DNA of 59,828 bases from a virus (taxonomy: Duplodnaviria > Caudoviricetes): positions 1-59,828 of the IMG/VR virus record IMGVR_UViG_3300022602_000103; one strand, written 5' to 3'. Below, one piece after another: positions 7,768-17,965 of this stretch. Both the position numbers and the translations under genes were made by a program. Positions within the stretch are counted from its first letter, which is position 1. Each line of letters opens with the position of its first letter. The notes beneath the pieces were generated by a model. That model was not told the origin of the DNA. It ran no database searches and was given only the letters and a program-made list of their open reading frames with translations.

Positions 7768-9280
7768 ATTGTCCCAAGAACAGCTATTTAAGCTGCGTTT
7801 ATTGGCAGAAAACCCAAAAACACCCCTCGATGTTAAGCGAAAAGCCAAGGATTTAATTGAAAAATACGATGAATTTCTTACCCAAGAGCGAGGAAAAGTA
7901 TCCTTTTTGGACTTTGTTAAACACGTATACCCAGGCTATATGGTCGGGCAACATCATCTCAAACTGGCTCAAATTTTTGAAGATATTGCTAACGGTAAGA
8001 AAAAACGAGTCATTGTTAATATCGCTCCACGACACGGTAAGTCTGAACTCATATCCTACCTTGCTCCCGCCTGGTTCCTGGGAAAATACCCCCAGAAGAA
8101 GATTATCATGGCGTCTCACACAGCAGATTTGGCGGTTAACTTTGGTCGTCGCGTTAGAAACCTTGTCGGTTCAGACGACTATAAAGAGATATTTCCGCAA
8201 GTAGAACTGCAAGCTGACAGTAAATCAGCATCACGATGGGGAACAAATTTTAATGGTGAATATTTTGCAATCGGTGTCGGTGGCGCCCTTGCTGGTCGCG
8301 GGGCTGACTTGTTTATTATTGACGACCCGCACTCCGAGCAGGATGCTAAGACTGGAAGACCCGATGTATTTTTGCCTGCGTGGGAGTGGTTCCAGTCTGG
8401 TCCTCTCCAGCGTCTTATGCCTGGTGGTGCAATTGTTATTGTGATGACTCGTTGGTCAAAACTTGACTTAACAGGGCAGATAGAGAAACAGTTAGAGGCA
8501 AATGATGACGTAGATAAGTGGGAAGTGATTCAGTTTCCTGCAATTAAAGATGATGGCGAGAGCCTATGGCCCGAGTTTTGGCCTGTGGAAGAGTTACTAG
8601 CTAAGAAAGCAGCACTTGACATTAGGTATTGGAATGCCCAGTACTTACAAAACCCAGTATCAGAAGAGGGTGCGCTGATCAAACGGGAGTGGTGGAACAT
8701 CTGGGAAAAAGATACGCCGCCAGAGTGTGAGTTTATTATCATGTCGCTAGACGCGGCTCAGGAGGCAAATAACCGTGCGGACTATAACGCGCTCACGACG
8801 TGGGGCGTCTTCTTCAACGAAGAAGTCAATAATTACAACATCATTCTCCTTAATGCAATCAAAAAACGATTGGAGTTTCCAGAACTCAAGAAGCTTGTAC
8901 TTGAGGAGTATAGTGCGTGGCAACCAGATGCGTTCATGGTTGAGAAAAAGTCCAACGGGGCTGCGCTATATCAGGAGCTTAGGCGCATGGGTATACCTGT
9001 CGGCGAGTTCACACCTGGCAAGGGTCAGGATAAGATCGCGCGCGTTAACGCTATTTCAGACTTGTTTTCGGGTGGGGTTGTCTGGGCGCCGTCGCACCGC
9101 TGGGCGAAAGATGTGATTGAGGAATGTAATGATTTTCCTAGCGGATTGAACGATGACTTGGTAGACTCTACAACATTAGCTCTGTTAAGATTTCGGCAGG
9201 GTGGGTTTATTCGTCTACCCAATGATGAACCAGAAGACGACATGCTTTACAAATACCGCAAAAAAGCTGCGTATTATTAA
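7757..9280 (+). CDS. terL: terminase large subunit
   Basis: Walker A APRHGKS, Walker B FIIDDP, coupling motif MTRW, RNase H-like nuclease (SLD, VEKK, DDLVD). Confidence 0.95.
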   Translation: MTSKLSQEQLFKLRLLAENPKTPLDVKRKAKDLIEKYDEFLTQERGKVSFLDFVKHVYPGYMVGQHHLKLAQIFEDIANGKKKRVIVNIAPRHGKSELISYLAPAWFLGKYPQKKIIMASHTADLAVNFGRRVRNLVGSDDYKEIFPQVELQADSKSASRWGTNFNGEYFAIGVGGALAGRGADLFIIDDPHSEQDAKTGRPDVFLPAWEWFQSGPLQRLMPGGAIVIVMTRWSKLDLTGQIEKQLEANDDVDKWEVIQFPAIKDDGESLWPEFWPVEELLAKKAALDIRYWNAQYLQNPVSEEGALIKREWWNIWEKDTPPECEFIIMSLDAAQEANNRADYNALTTWGVFFNEEVNNYNIILLNAIKKRLEFPELKKLVLEEYSAWQPDAFMVEKKSNGAALYQELRRMGIPVGEFTPGKGQDKIARVNAISDLFSGGVVWAPSHRWAKDVIEECNDFPSGLNDDLVDSTTLALLRFRQGGFIRLPNDEPEDDMLYKYRKKAAYY

Positions 9281-9289
9281 GGATAAATT

Positions 9290-11863
9290 ATGGCAATAGA
9301 TAAGGCACTTTACTCAGCCCCTCAAGGACTAGATCAACTTGGCGAGGAGGGTGACGAGCCAGCGTTAGAAATATCTATTGAAGATCCAGAGGCTGTTGAG
9401 ATTGGGATTGATGGTCAGCCAATCATGCGTATAGAGAAAGATGAAGAGCCAGACGGCTTTGATGATAACTTAGCAGAACAATTAGATGACAGACTATTAG
9501 CTACATTAGCTAGTGATTTAACTTCCGACTTTGATAATGACATAGCCTCTAGAAAAGATTGGATACAAACTTATGTGGATGGTCTAGAACTTCTGGGCCT
9601 TAAAATTGAAGAGCGTGCTGAACCTTGGGAAGGCGCCTGTGGCGTGTACCATCCACTCCTCTCAGAAGCAGTAGTCAAGTTCCAAGCTGAGACCATGATG
9701 GAGACCATGCCAGCGGCAGGTCCAGTCAAGACACAGATCATTGGCAAAGAAACCCCAGATAAAAAAGCCGCGGCTGAACGTGTTCAAGATGACATGAACT
9801 ATCAGTTGATGGACGTGATGAAAGAGTTTAGACCTGAGCATGAGCGTATGCTGTGGGGCTTAGGCTTAGCGGGTAATGCGTTTAAAAAAGTCTATTACGA
9901 TCCAAGTTTGCAACGTCAAGTATCCATGTATGTTCCAGCAGAAGATGTGGTTGTCCCCTATGGAGCTTCTAGCCTAGAGTCAGCTGAGCGTGTCACGCAT
10001 GTGATGCGTAAGACAGAGAATGATGTGCGTCGCTTGCAGCATGAAGGTTTCTACCGAGACGTAGACTTGGGTGAGCCAGTTCAAGTAATGGACGAGATTG
10101 AGAAGAAGATTGCTGAGAAGCTTGGCTTTAGGGCAACTACAGATGATCGTTTTAAGTTATTAGAAATGCATGTGGAGCTTGACCTTGAAGGGTTTGAGCA
10201 TACAGATGAAGATGGTGAACCCACTGGCATTGGTCTACCTTATGTAGTCACAATCGAGAAGGGTACTAGTACTATTCTAGCAATCCGTCGCAACTGGAGA
10301 CCAGAAGATGAGAAACACCATAAGAGAAACCATTTCGTCCATTATCCATACATTCCAGGCTTTGGTTTTTATGCTTTTGGGCTTATTCACCTTATCGGCG
10401 CTTTTGCTAAGTCTGGTACTTCTCTTATCAGGCAATTGGTTGACGCTGGGACACTTTCAAATCTGCCAGGCGGCTTTAAGGCCCGTGGGATGCGAGTCAA
10501 AGGCGATGACACGCCAATAGCTCCAGGTGAATGGCGTGACGTAGATGTTCCAGCAGGGACAATGCGTGACAACTTGTTACCACTTCCATACAAAGAACCA
10601 AGCCAAGTTTTATATAGTTTGTTAGGAACTATTGTAGAAGAGGGTCGCAAGTTTGCTGGGTCTGCAGAGATTCAAGCATCTGACATGAGCGCTAATGCGC
10701 CAGTTGGAACAACACTAGCAATTCTAGAAAGAACATTGAAGTCAATGAGTGCGATACAAGCTCGTATCCACTACGCAATGAAGCAAGAGTTTAAGCTTCT
10801 TAAAGACATCATCAGAGATTACACACCAGAAGAATACTCATACGACCCAGTTGAAGGTGATCGTCGAGCAAAGCAATCAGACTATGACATGGTTGCTGTT
10901 ATTCCTGTGTCCGATCCCAACGCGGCTACTATGGCGCAAAAAGTCGTGCAGTATCAAGCAGCTCTACAACTCGCTCAAACCGCACCTCAGCTCTATGATC
11001 TTCCACTTCTGCATCGTCAGATGTTAGACGTGTTGGGAATCAAAAACTATCAAAAGCTTGTACCGATGCCCGAAGATATGAAGCCTCGTGACCCAGTTTC
11101 TGAGAATCAGAATATTTTGATGAATAAACCTGTCAAAGCATTCTTGGCGCAAGACCACCAATCTCATATCACGGTGCATATGAGTATGGCACAAGACCCA
11201 CATATCCAAATGTTGATACAACAAAACCCACAACTAGCTCAACAGATTCAAGCGGAGTTGTCTGCTCACGTAGCTGAACACTTGGGAATGGAGTATCGCA
11301 AACAGATGGAGCAACGGATGGGTACGCTATTGCCTGCAGTTCCACAAGACCCAGATGATGAGGAGCCAAATATGTCTCCACAGATGGAAGAGCAGATTTC
11401 TCAAATGGCAGCGCAAGCGGCAACACAGATGTTGCAACAGCATCAACAGGAAGCTCAACAACAGCAAGCGCAACAACAGGCTCAAGATCCAATCATCCAG
11501 TTACAACAACAAGAGTTACAGATTAAGATGGCTGAACAACAACGCAAAGCTAAAAAAGATCAAGATGACTTCCAGCTTAAGTTGCAACAGATCCAACTTG
11601 AAGCAAAACGGATTGCTGCCCAACAGGAAACTGAAGGAGCAAAGATGGCTATCCAAGCATCATTAGCTAAGCATAAAGAGAAGAACCAACAGGAAACTGA
11701 AGGCGCTCGCATGGCTATTGATCTAGGTAAACAACGTGAACAACACCAGCATCAAAAAGAAGTAACAACAATGCAGACGGATGTGCAAAGGGAGCTAGCT
11801 GCGAAACAAGCTGAAACCCAAGCGCAAACTAAAGAAATTAAAAAGGAAACGAAAGGTAAATAA
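9290..11863 (+). CDS. portal protein (P22-like, Gln-rich C-terminal barrel)
   Basis: 857 aa after TerL; long Q-rich coiled-coil tail. Confidence 0.85.
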   Translation: MAIDKALYSAPQGLDQLGEEGDEPALEISIEDPEAVEIGIDGQPIMRIEKDEEPDGFDDNLAEQLDDRLLATLASDLTSDFDNDIASRKDWIQTYVDGLELLGLKIEERAEPWEGACGVYHPLLSEAVVKFQAETMMETMPAAGPVKTQIIGKETPDKKAAAERVQDDMNYQLMDVMKEFRPEHERMLWGLGLAGNAFKKVYYDPSLQRQVSMYVPAEDVVVPYGASSLESAERVTHVMRKTENDVRRLQHEGFYRDVDLGEPVQVMDEIEKKIAEKLGFRATTDDRFKLLEMHVELDLEGFEHTDEDGEPTGIGLPYVVTIEKGTSTILAIRRNWRPEDEKHHKRNHFVHYPYIPGFGFYAFGLIHLIGAFAKSGTSLIRQLVDAGTLSNLPGGFKARGMRVKGDDTPIAPGEWRDVDVPAGTMRDNLLPLPYKEPSQVLYSLLGTIVEEGRKFAGSAEIQASDMSANAPVGTTLAILERTLKSMSAIQARIHYAMKQEFKLLKDIIRDYTPEEYSYDPVEGDRRAKQSDYDMVAVIPVSDPNAATMAQKVVQYQAALQLAQTAPQLYDLPLLHRQMLDVLGIKNYQKLVPMPEDMKPRDPVSENQNILMNKPVKAFLAQDHQSHITVHMSMAQDPHIQMLIQQNPQLAQQIQAELSAHVAEHLGMEYRKQMEQRMGTLLPAVPQDPDDEEPNMSPQMEEQISQMAAQAATQMLQQHQQEAQQQQAQQQAQDPIIQLQQQELQIKMAEQQRKAKKDQDDFQLKLQQIQLEAKRIAAQQETEGAKMAIQASLAKHKEKNQQETEGARMAIDLGKQREQHQHQKEVTTMQTDVQRELAAKQAETQAQTKEIKKETKGK

Positions 11864-12060
11864 TGGACGCAAGCCAAGCGCTGGCTCATATAACACGACA
11901 GTTAGATGAAAGAATTTTGCAACTCCAAGAAAGTCTAGCAGACGACAACTGCAAAACAATTGAAGAGTACAAGAAAGTATGCGGAGAAGTGAGAGGTCTC
12001 TTTACCGCACGAAACTTTATAACGGACCTTAATAAAACGATGGAGAACTCCGATGAGTGA
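11863..12060 (+). CDS. small conserved head-module protein
   Basis: 65 aa, EEYKKVCGEVRGL, between portal and GroES-like gene. Confidence 0.7.
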   Translation: MDASQALAHITRQLDERILQLQESLADDNCKTIEEYKKVCGEVRGLFTARNFITDLNKTMENSDE

Positions 12061-12466
12061 CCAAACGGTAGTAGATTTGAGTCAAGCAATTGACTTACGA
12101 GCGGTAATGAAAGAAGCTGAAGATAAAGCCAAACAGCTTCCAGAGCCAAAGGGTTATCGCATCTTGTGTGCAATCCCAGAAGCAGAAGAGGCTTTTGATA
12201 GTGGCATCCTTAAATCAGATGAAACTCGTCGGCATGATGAACTCCTAACTACAGTGTTATTTGTAGTCAAAATGGGACCAGATTGCTATAAAGACCCAGA
12301 GCGTTTTCCAACTGGCGCTTATTGCCAAGAGGGCGACTTTGTGTTGACCAGACCAAATGCAGGTACACGCCTTGTAATTCACGGTCGTGAGTTTCGCATT
12401 ATTAACGATGATTCCGTAGAGGCTGTAGTCCAAGATCCTCGTGGGATTACTCGCAAATTCATTTAA
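12053..12466 (+). CDS. groES: GroES/Cpn10-like co-chaperonin
   Basis: P.GYRIL, SGIL mobile-loop-like segment, VVKMGP, GDFV, GREFRIINDDSVEAVV. Confidence 0.8.
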   Translation: MSDQTVVDLSQAIDLRAVMKEAEDKAKQLPEPKGYRILCAIPEAEEAFDSGILKSDETRRHDELLTTVLFVVKMGPDCYKDPERFPTGAYCQEGDFVLTRPNAGTRLVIHGREFRIINDDSVEAVVQDPRGITRKFI

Positions 12467-12476
12467 GGAGCTATAA

Positions 12477-13451
12477 ATGCCAGACGAATTTAAATTTCCT
12501 GATGAAATAGAAGATCAGGGTAAACCCGTAGATACTAATCAAGATACTGATGATAATGATGATATTAGTATAGAGATAGTTGACGATACTCCTAAAGAAG
12601 ACCGTAATAGAAAGCCACTTGAGCCAGAAGCTAAGGCGCAATTGGAAAATCTAGATGAGTCTGAAGAGTATTCTAAGAATGTAAAAGACAAGTTTTCTCA
12701 GTATAAAAAGGCTTGGCATGAAGAAAGACGTGCTAAAGAAGCAGCGTTGCGCGAGCAACAAGAAGCTTTAGCGGCGGCGCAAGCCATCCTAGATGAGAAT
12801 AAACGACTCAAAAAACAGTTGCAATCAGGTGAAAAAGAGTTAAATACTGCGTCTAAAGATGCAGCAAAAGCTGAGTTAGAAAAAGCTAAAAAGGAATATA
12901 AGGATGCTTATGACTCTGGTGACTCTGATAAGTTATTAGATGCTCAAGAAAAGCTAACTAAAGCTCAGATCAAACTTGATAAAACTAAAAAAAGTAAAAA
13001 TACTGTACAAAATTCTCAAAATGATGTACAAATACCTCAAAGGGCTAATGCACAACCGCAACAGCCCCAGATGGATCCAAGAGTTGCAGAGTGGGTGTCA
13101 CGGAATCAGTGGTTTGTTGATCCGACCAAAAAGTCGATGCGCAAATATGCTGAAGGCGTTCACGAAGAACTTGCAGAGAAATATGGCATGGGCTTTATTG
13201 GTACCGATGAGTACTATAGGTCTATTGACAATGAAGTAAAACGTCGCTTCCCAGAGGAGTTTGACGCTGCATCAAGAAACGATGAGGACGATAAACCTCA
13301 GCGTACGAAAATGAGTACGGTCGTAGCTCCCGCGAAGAGAAGCACTTCTTCTAAAAGAGTGGTACTTACAAAGACGCAGGTAGCCTTGTCCAAAAAACTT
13401 GGTCTATCCCCAGAGCAATACGCCCGTGAACTTAGCAAATTGGAGGCCTAA
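12477..13451 (+). CDS. capsid scaffolding protein
   Basis: Acidic N-terminus, coiled coil, C-terminal KKLGLSPEQYA; position before the capsid genes. Confidence 0.7.
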   Translation: MPDEFKFPDEIEDQGKPVDTNQDTDDNDDISIEIVDDTPKEDRNRKPLEPEAKAQLENLDESEEYSKNVKDKFSQYKKAWHEERRAKEAALREQQEALAAAQAILDENKRLKKQLQSGEKELNTASKDAAKAELEKAKKEYKDAYDSGDSDKLLDAQEKLTKAQIKLDKTKKSKNTVQNSQNDVQIPQRANAQPQQPQMDPRVAEWVSRNQWFVDPTKKSMRKYAEGVHEELAEKYGMGFIGTDEYYRSIDNEVKRRFPEEFDAASRNDEDDKPQRTKMSTVVAPAKRSTSSKRVVLTKTQVALSKKLGLSPEQYARELSKLEA

Positions 13452-13453
13452 TA

Positions 13454-13906
13454 ATGGCAACAAATAGATTACAACGTGAGATGGAAAACCGTGAAATTAC
13501 AGAGCGTCCTAAGCAGTGGATGCCACCTGAACTTTTACCTGAGCCTGATAAACAAGCTGGTTTTGCCTATCGCTGGATTCGTGTATCAATGTTAAATGCT
13601 GCTGATCCTCGGAACATTTCTGCGAAATTTCGTGAGGGTTGGGAGCCAGTGCATGTAGACGAACAACCGAAATACAAACTGCTAGCCGCTCGTGAAGGTC
13701 AATATAAAGACAATATCGAGATCGGCGGGTTATTACTCTGCAAGATTCCAGAAGAACTTGTGCAGCAACGTATGGATTATGAAAATAACCAGACACAAGC
13801 TCAGACAGAAGCTGTAGATAATAATTTAATGCGCCAAAGTGATTCGAGAATGCCAATCTTTATGGAACGGAAATCCTCGGTGACCTTTGGTAAAGGTTCT
13901 CAATAA
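13454..13906 (+). CDS. conserved head-module hypothetical protein
   Basis: YRWIR...EGWEPV...GGLLLCKIP. Confidence 0.7.
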   Translation: MATNRLQREMENREITERPKQWMPPELLPEPDKQAGFAYRWIRVSMLNAADPRNISAKFREGWEPVHVDEQPKYKLLAAREGQYKDNIEIGGLLLCKIPEELVQQRMDYENNQTQAQTEAVDNNLMRQSDSRMPIFMERKSSVTFGKGSQ

Positions 13907-13920
13907 TTTAGGAGATTTAC

Positions 13921-14790
13921 ATGGCTTATCCTACAGTTTCGGCCCCTTACGGTCTAAAGCCTGTTAACCTCATTGGTGGACGTGTATTTGCGGGGTCTAC
14001 TCGTATGTTCCCAATCGTTAATGGCTATAACACCAGCCTATACAACGGCGACGTTGTTCAGCTTGGTACTGGCGCCAATATTGGTGCTTTAGTTGCCTCT
14101 ACTCTTACATACAACGCTTCTAGCGCTGTTGCAGGTACTATTGGCGTGTTTGTTGGTTGCGAGTATTCAACTACTGGCGGTCCAATTTACGGCAAAAACC
14201 GTTATCAGTTCTGGCAGTCTTCAACAACTGCTCCTGATGCACAAGGTTATGTTGTAGATGATCCTCAAGCTGTTTTCCAAGCTGCAGTTGTTGTAAGCCC
14301 AGCTGGTACTGGTGGTTCTACTACTATTCAGTACATTAACCCAGCTTTCATCGGTTCTAATGCTTATTACATTGGTGCTGCTGCTGGTAACACTGGTTCT
14401 ACTACAACAGGTGACTCACAAGCAGGTATTGCAGTTTCTGCAACTGCTACTGTAAGCACACCTATCACTACTTCTGCTGCTTTCCGTATCGTTGGTATGG
14501 TTCCTGCTTCAGCTGTTACTGTGACAAATAATGCTACATCTTCTAGCACTACTATCACTTTATCTGCTGCAAACAGTGCAATCCTTCCTGGTATGGCAGT
14601 AAATGGCCCTGGTATTAACCAAGGTTCAAATACTTATGTAACAGCAGTATCTGGCACTACTGTAACTATCAACACAGCAGTTTCTACTGCTCAGTCGACA
14701 GCTGCACAGTTTTCTTTCACTGGCTACCCAGAAGCATTAGTAACATGGAACGCAGGTTACCATGGTTACAACAATGCAACTGGCGTTTAA
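13921..14790 (+). CDS. putative capsid decoration/cement protein
   Basis: APYGLKPV...VVDDP, Thr/Ala/Gly-rich, directly upstream of the major capsid gene. Confidence 0.6.
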   Translation: MAYPTVSAPYGLKPVNLIGGRVFAGSTRMFPIVNGYNTSLYNGDVVQLGTGANIGALVASTLTYNASSAVAGTIGVFVGCEYSTTGGPIYGKNRYQFWQSSTTAPDAQGYVVDDPQAVFQAAVVVSPAGTGGSTTIQYINPAFIGSNAYYIGAAAGNTGSTTTGDSQAGIAVSATATVSTPITTSAAFRIVGMVPASAVTVTNNATSSSTTITLSAANSAILPGMAVNGPGINQGSNTYVTAVSGTTVTINTAVSTAQSTAAQFSFTGYPEALVTWNAGYHGYNNATGV

Positions 14791-14805
14791 TTAAGGAGCT
14801 TTTAA

Positions 14806-15708
14806 ATGGCTATTTCACGCGCACAACTACTGAAAGAGTTGCTCCCTGGATTGAACGCATTGTTCGGTTTAGAGTATGCTCGCTACGGTGAAGAACACAA
14901 AGAGATCTATGAAACAGAGACTTCTGAGCGTTCTTTTGAAGAAGAAACAAAACTGTCAGGCTTCTCAGCTGCACCAGTCAAAAACGAAGGCCAAGCCATC
15001 GCGTATGACAATGCACAAGAAGCATGGACAGCTCGCTACAACCACGAAACTATCGCCCTTGGCTTTAGCTTGACTGAAGAGGCAATTGAGGACAACCTCT
15101 ACGACTCTTTATCTGCTCGCTACACCAAAGGTCTAGCTCGTGCTATGGCTTATACCAAACAGGTAAAAGCGGCAGCAGTTTTGAATAACGGCTTTAATAG
15201 TCAAGTTACCTACGGTGACGGACAGCCTTTGTTCTCTACAGCACATCCGTTGATTTCTGGTGGTACTAACGCCAACACTCCATCTACTCCTGCTGACTTG
15301 AACGAAACTGCGTTGGAAAACGCTGTTATTCAAATTGCAGCTTGGACTGATGAACGTGGTCTGTTGATCGCTGCTCGTCCTAAGAAACTTGTAGTTCCAC
15401 CAGCATTGCAATTCGTTGCTACCCGTTTGCTCGACACAGAACTCCGTGTTGGTACAAACAACAACGATATCAACGCTATTAAGAACAACGGTTCTGTTCC
15501 AGAAGGTTACACAATTAACCACTTCTTGACCGCAACCAATGCATGGTTCTTGACAACTGATGTACCAAACGGTTTGAAACACTTTGTTCGTATTCCATTG
15601 CAAAACAGCATGGACGGTGACTTTGACACTGGTAACGTACGTTACAAATCCCGTGAGCGTTATAGCTTCGGCGTTTCTGATCCATTAGGTGTATACGGTT
15701 CATACTAA
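14806..15708 (+). CDS. major capsid protein
   Basis: MAISRAQLLKELLPGLNALFG; GDGQPLFSTAHP; LVVPPAL; C-terminal RERYSFG; followed by a terminator. Confidence 0.9.
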   Translation: MAISRAQLLKELLPGLNALFGLEYARYGEEHKEIYETETSERSFEEETKLSGFSAAPVKNEGQAIAYDNAQEAWTARYNHETIALGFSLTEEAIEDNLYDSLSARYTKGLARAMAYTKQVKAAAVLNNGFNSQVTYGDGQPLFSTAHPLISGGTNANTPSTPADLNETALENAVIQIAAWTDERGLLIAARPKKLVVPPALQFVATRLLDTELRVGTNNNDINAIKNNGSVPEGYTINHFLTATNAWFLTTDVPNGLKHFVRIPLQNSMDGDFDTGNVRYKSRERYSFGVSDPLGVYGSY

Positions 15709-15716
15709 GTAGTGTG

Positions 15717-15748
15717 GAGGGGGCATAAAAAACCCCCTCTTTTTCTTT
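15717..15748 (+). terminator. rho-independent terminator after the capsid gene
   Basis: GAGGGGG...CCCCCTC then T-tract. Confidence 0.8.
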
Positions 15749-15769
15749 TATTTGTTGTATGATTTAAAT

Positions 15770-15846
15770 ACTGGGTGATTACTCATAACACCACTGCCCC
15801 AGCAGACGATGCAAAGATCCGTTATGAGTACTTTTGCATAAGGAGT
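15770..15846 (+). ncRNA. candidate double-pseudoknot cis-regulatory leader
   Basis: Three crossing helices 15771-75/15798-802, 15780-89/15821-30 and 15809-15/15833-39, ending next to the SD AAGGAG. Confidence 0.55.
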
Positions 15847-15851
15847 CCATT

Positions 15852-16553
15852 ATGGGACGTAGTACATTTGATGGTCCGATTCTATCGGGTGATAATCGTT
15901 TTGGTCCACAACGTGACGTTGGTCCAGTCTTATTGGCTCAACAAGCCTTTTTAGATTTTTCTGTAACTTCCGCAGGTCAAGCTGGTTATGGTGGCGGTTC
16001 TGGTGTATTTGTTACTTCTGACAATATTCCTAACCAAGCAGCAACTATTTGGAACCCACAGTCTGGTGTTTATAGCACTAGTGGTCCTACTGTTGCTACT
16101 GCTCCTACAGCAGATGCTTCTGGAACTATTTATCGTGGCGTATCATTTTTGGTTCCACAAGGTTCAAACATTACTGATGTAATCATTGATGTTGGAGTAT
16201 TGCCAACTGACGGAACAGTAACTGCTAACTCTATTCAACCATATGTTTCTAACAAATTTGCTACCGCTACAGGCGTGTATGCAACGATGGCTGCTATTAC
16301 TTCAGCAACTCGTGGCACTGCAACATTTGTAGGTACACAGTTAGATTACGCTTATGGCACATTACAAGACGTTCAAAATATTCAACCTGGTCAACAGCCT
16401 ACATGGTTTAGCCAGATTGTTGTGACATTGAAGATTACTAATACCAGCTTGACCGCTCCTACATCTGGTCAAATTGCTGTTACATTGAAATATGCACAAC
16501 AAGATATGAACATTGGTAATGCGACAACTTACCCATACGGTAACTTTGACTAA
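15852..16553 (+). CDS. virion structural protein
   Basis: Start ATG 15852 (MGRSTFDGP, SD AAGGAG); beta-rich. Confidence 0.7.
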   Translation: MGRSTFDGPILSGDNRFGPQRDVGPVLLAQQAFLDFSVTSAGQAGYGGGSGVFVTSDNIPNQAATIWNPQSGVYSTSGPTVATAPTADASGTIYRGVSFLVPQGSNITDVIIDVGVLPTDGTVTANSIQPYVSNKFATATGVYATMAAITSATRGTATFVGTQLDYAYGTLQDVQNIQPGQQPTWFSQIVVTLKITNTSLTAPTSGQIAVTLKYAQQDMNIGNATTYPYGNFD

Positions 16554-16561
16554 TTAATCCT

Positions 16562-16590
16562 CTTGGGGGGTGTAAAAGCCCCCCTCTTTT
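16562..16590 (+). terminator. rho-independent terminator
   Basis: GGGGGGTGTAAAAGCCCCCCTCTTTT. Confidence 0.6.
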
Positions 16591-16608
16591 AAAACTTAGG
16601 AGATTAAT

Positions 16609-17463
16609 ATGGCACAAAGCCCAAGTGGAATACCAAGCACCAATAACTCGGTGCAGTCGATTAGCCGTCAGGCTAAGTATGAGCCATTTGATTTGCAAGT
16701 ATCACGCAATCAAATTACTGGTCATACACCTGTAAGTATTTTTGGTTATGGAACAACTGGCACAACTGCTGGTTTATTTGTAACCATGTGGGAAAACTCT
16801 CCCACCACCAATTATGTATTCCCAGTAGCAGCACAAGTAATGTATGTTGCAAGTACAGTAGGCGCAGGGGATGCTGGTGCGTTAATTCAAGTTACTGGAT
16901 TAGATGCAAACTATAACCCAATTTCTGAAGTTGTTGCATTAGGCGCAACCGCAGGTACAGGCGTAGCAACCGTTAAATCATATTACCGTATTAACAACAT
17001 TGCCGTAGCTTTTGCTAGTACTGTAAACCCAACTGGCGTAATTACTATTCAAAACCAAGCTGCAACGTCTGGTGCTGTTGAATATGCACAGATCAATACA
17101 ACTACTTACAACGGTAGCACTATCAGTATTGGCACATCCCAAATGTCTGTTTACACAGTTCCAGCAAACACCACTTTGCAATTGACAAGATTTACTGCAA
17201 ATAGTTCGTTTACTGGTAATACTGCAAACTACGGCACATATAGGGTTGTAGCACAGTACCCATCTGTTTTAAATTCATCGGCAACATTAGTTCGTAGAGT
17301 AATTTTAAATACTCCATTTGTACAACAGTTCAATATTCAACGTACTTTCCCATTTGCTTATCCAGCTGGTACGGATGTTCAATGGCAAATTGCTCCTAGT
17401 GGTACTGTTGCTTGTACTGTAGGTATTAATATTGGCGGCGTTTTGATTGATAGCGGCAGCTAA
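16609..17463 (+). CDS. virion structural protein
   Basis: 284 aa, Thr/Gly/Val-rich, VTGLDANY motif. Confidence 0.65.
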   Translation: MAQSPSGIPSTNNSVQSISRQAKYEPFDLQVSRNQITGHTPVSIFGYGTTGTTAGLFVTMWENSPTTNYVFPVAAQVMYVASTVGAGDAGALIQVTGLDANYNPISEVVALGATAGTGVATVKSYYRINNIAVAFASTVNPTGVITIQNQAATSGAVEYAQINTTTYNGSTISIGTSQMSVYTVPANTTLQLTRFTANSSFTGNTANYGTYRVVAQYPSVLNSSATLVRRVILNTPFVQQFNIQRTFPFAYPAGTDVQWQIAPSGTVACTVGINIGGVLIDSGS

Positions 17464-17464
17464 A

Positions 17465-17725
17465 ATGGCAACCAAGAAAAAAAGTCCTTCTCTTGCAATT
17501 GGTCGTGGTGAAAAGCTACCTGTATCTAAGGGCGCTGGGCTTACCGCCAAGGGTCGTGCTAAATATAATGCAGCTACTGGCTCGCATTTGAAAGCCCCAC
17601 AACCTGAAGGTGGTGCCCGTAAGCGTTCATTTTGTGCTCGTATGTCTGGCATGCCAGGACCGATGAAAGATGAGAATGGTAAACCAACTCGTAAAGCAGC
17701 TTCTTTAAAGAGATGGAAATGCTAA
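17465..17725 (+). CDS. small basic protein (DUF6321-like)
   Basis: GLTAKGR..YN...GS.LKAP...RKRSFCARM...SLKRWKC. Confidence 0.7.
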   Translation: MATKKKSPSLAIGRGEKLPVSKGAGLTAKGRAKYNAATGSHLKAPQPEGGARKRSFCARMSGMPGPMKDENGKPTRKAASLKRWKC

Positions 17726-17965
17726 ATGTCAGTATTCGAGATATTAACTTTGGTTTCGTACCTATTGGGTGGTATTGTGGCTTTTATCGTCAAAGATAAA
17801 TCTGACGAACTTAAACGTCAGGGTATTCTTTTAAATAAAACTCGTGAGGAATTAGCTCGTGAATACATTACTAAAATTGAAGTACGTACAGATATGGAAC
17901 GGATTATTAACCGTTTTGACAGGATTGAAGAAAAGCTTGACCGATTTATTGAAGGGCATAAATAA
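17726..17965 (+). CDS. membrane-anchored coiled-coil protein
   Basis: N-terminal hydrophobic segment, C-terminal RFDRIEEKLDR. Confidence 0.65.
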   Translation: MSVFEILTLVSYLLGGIVAFIVKDKSDELKRQGILLNKTREELAREYITKIEVRTDMERIINRFDRIEEKLDRFIEGHK

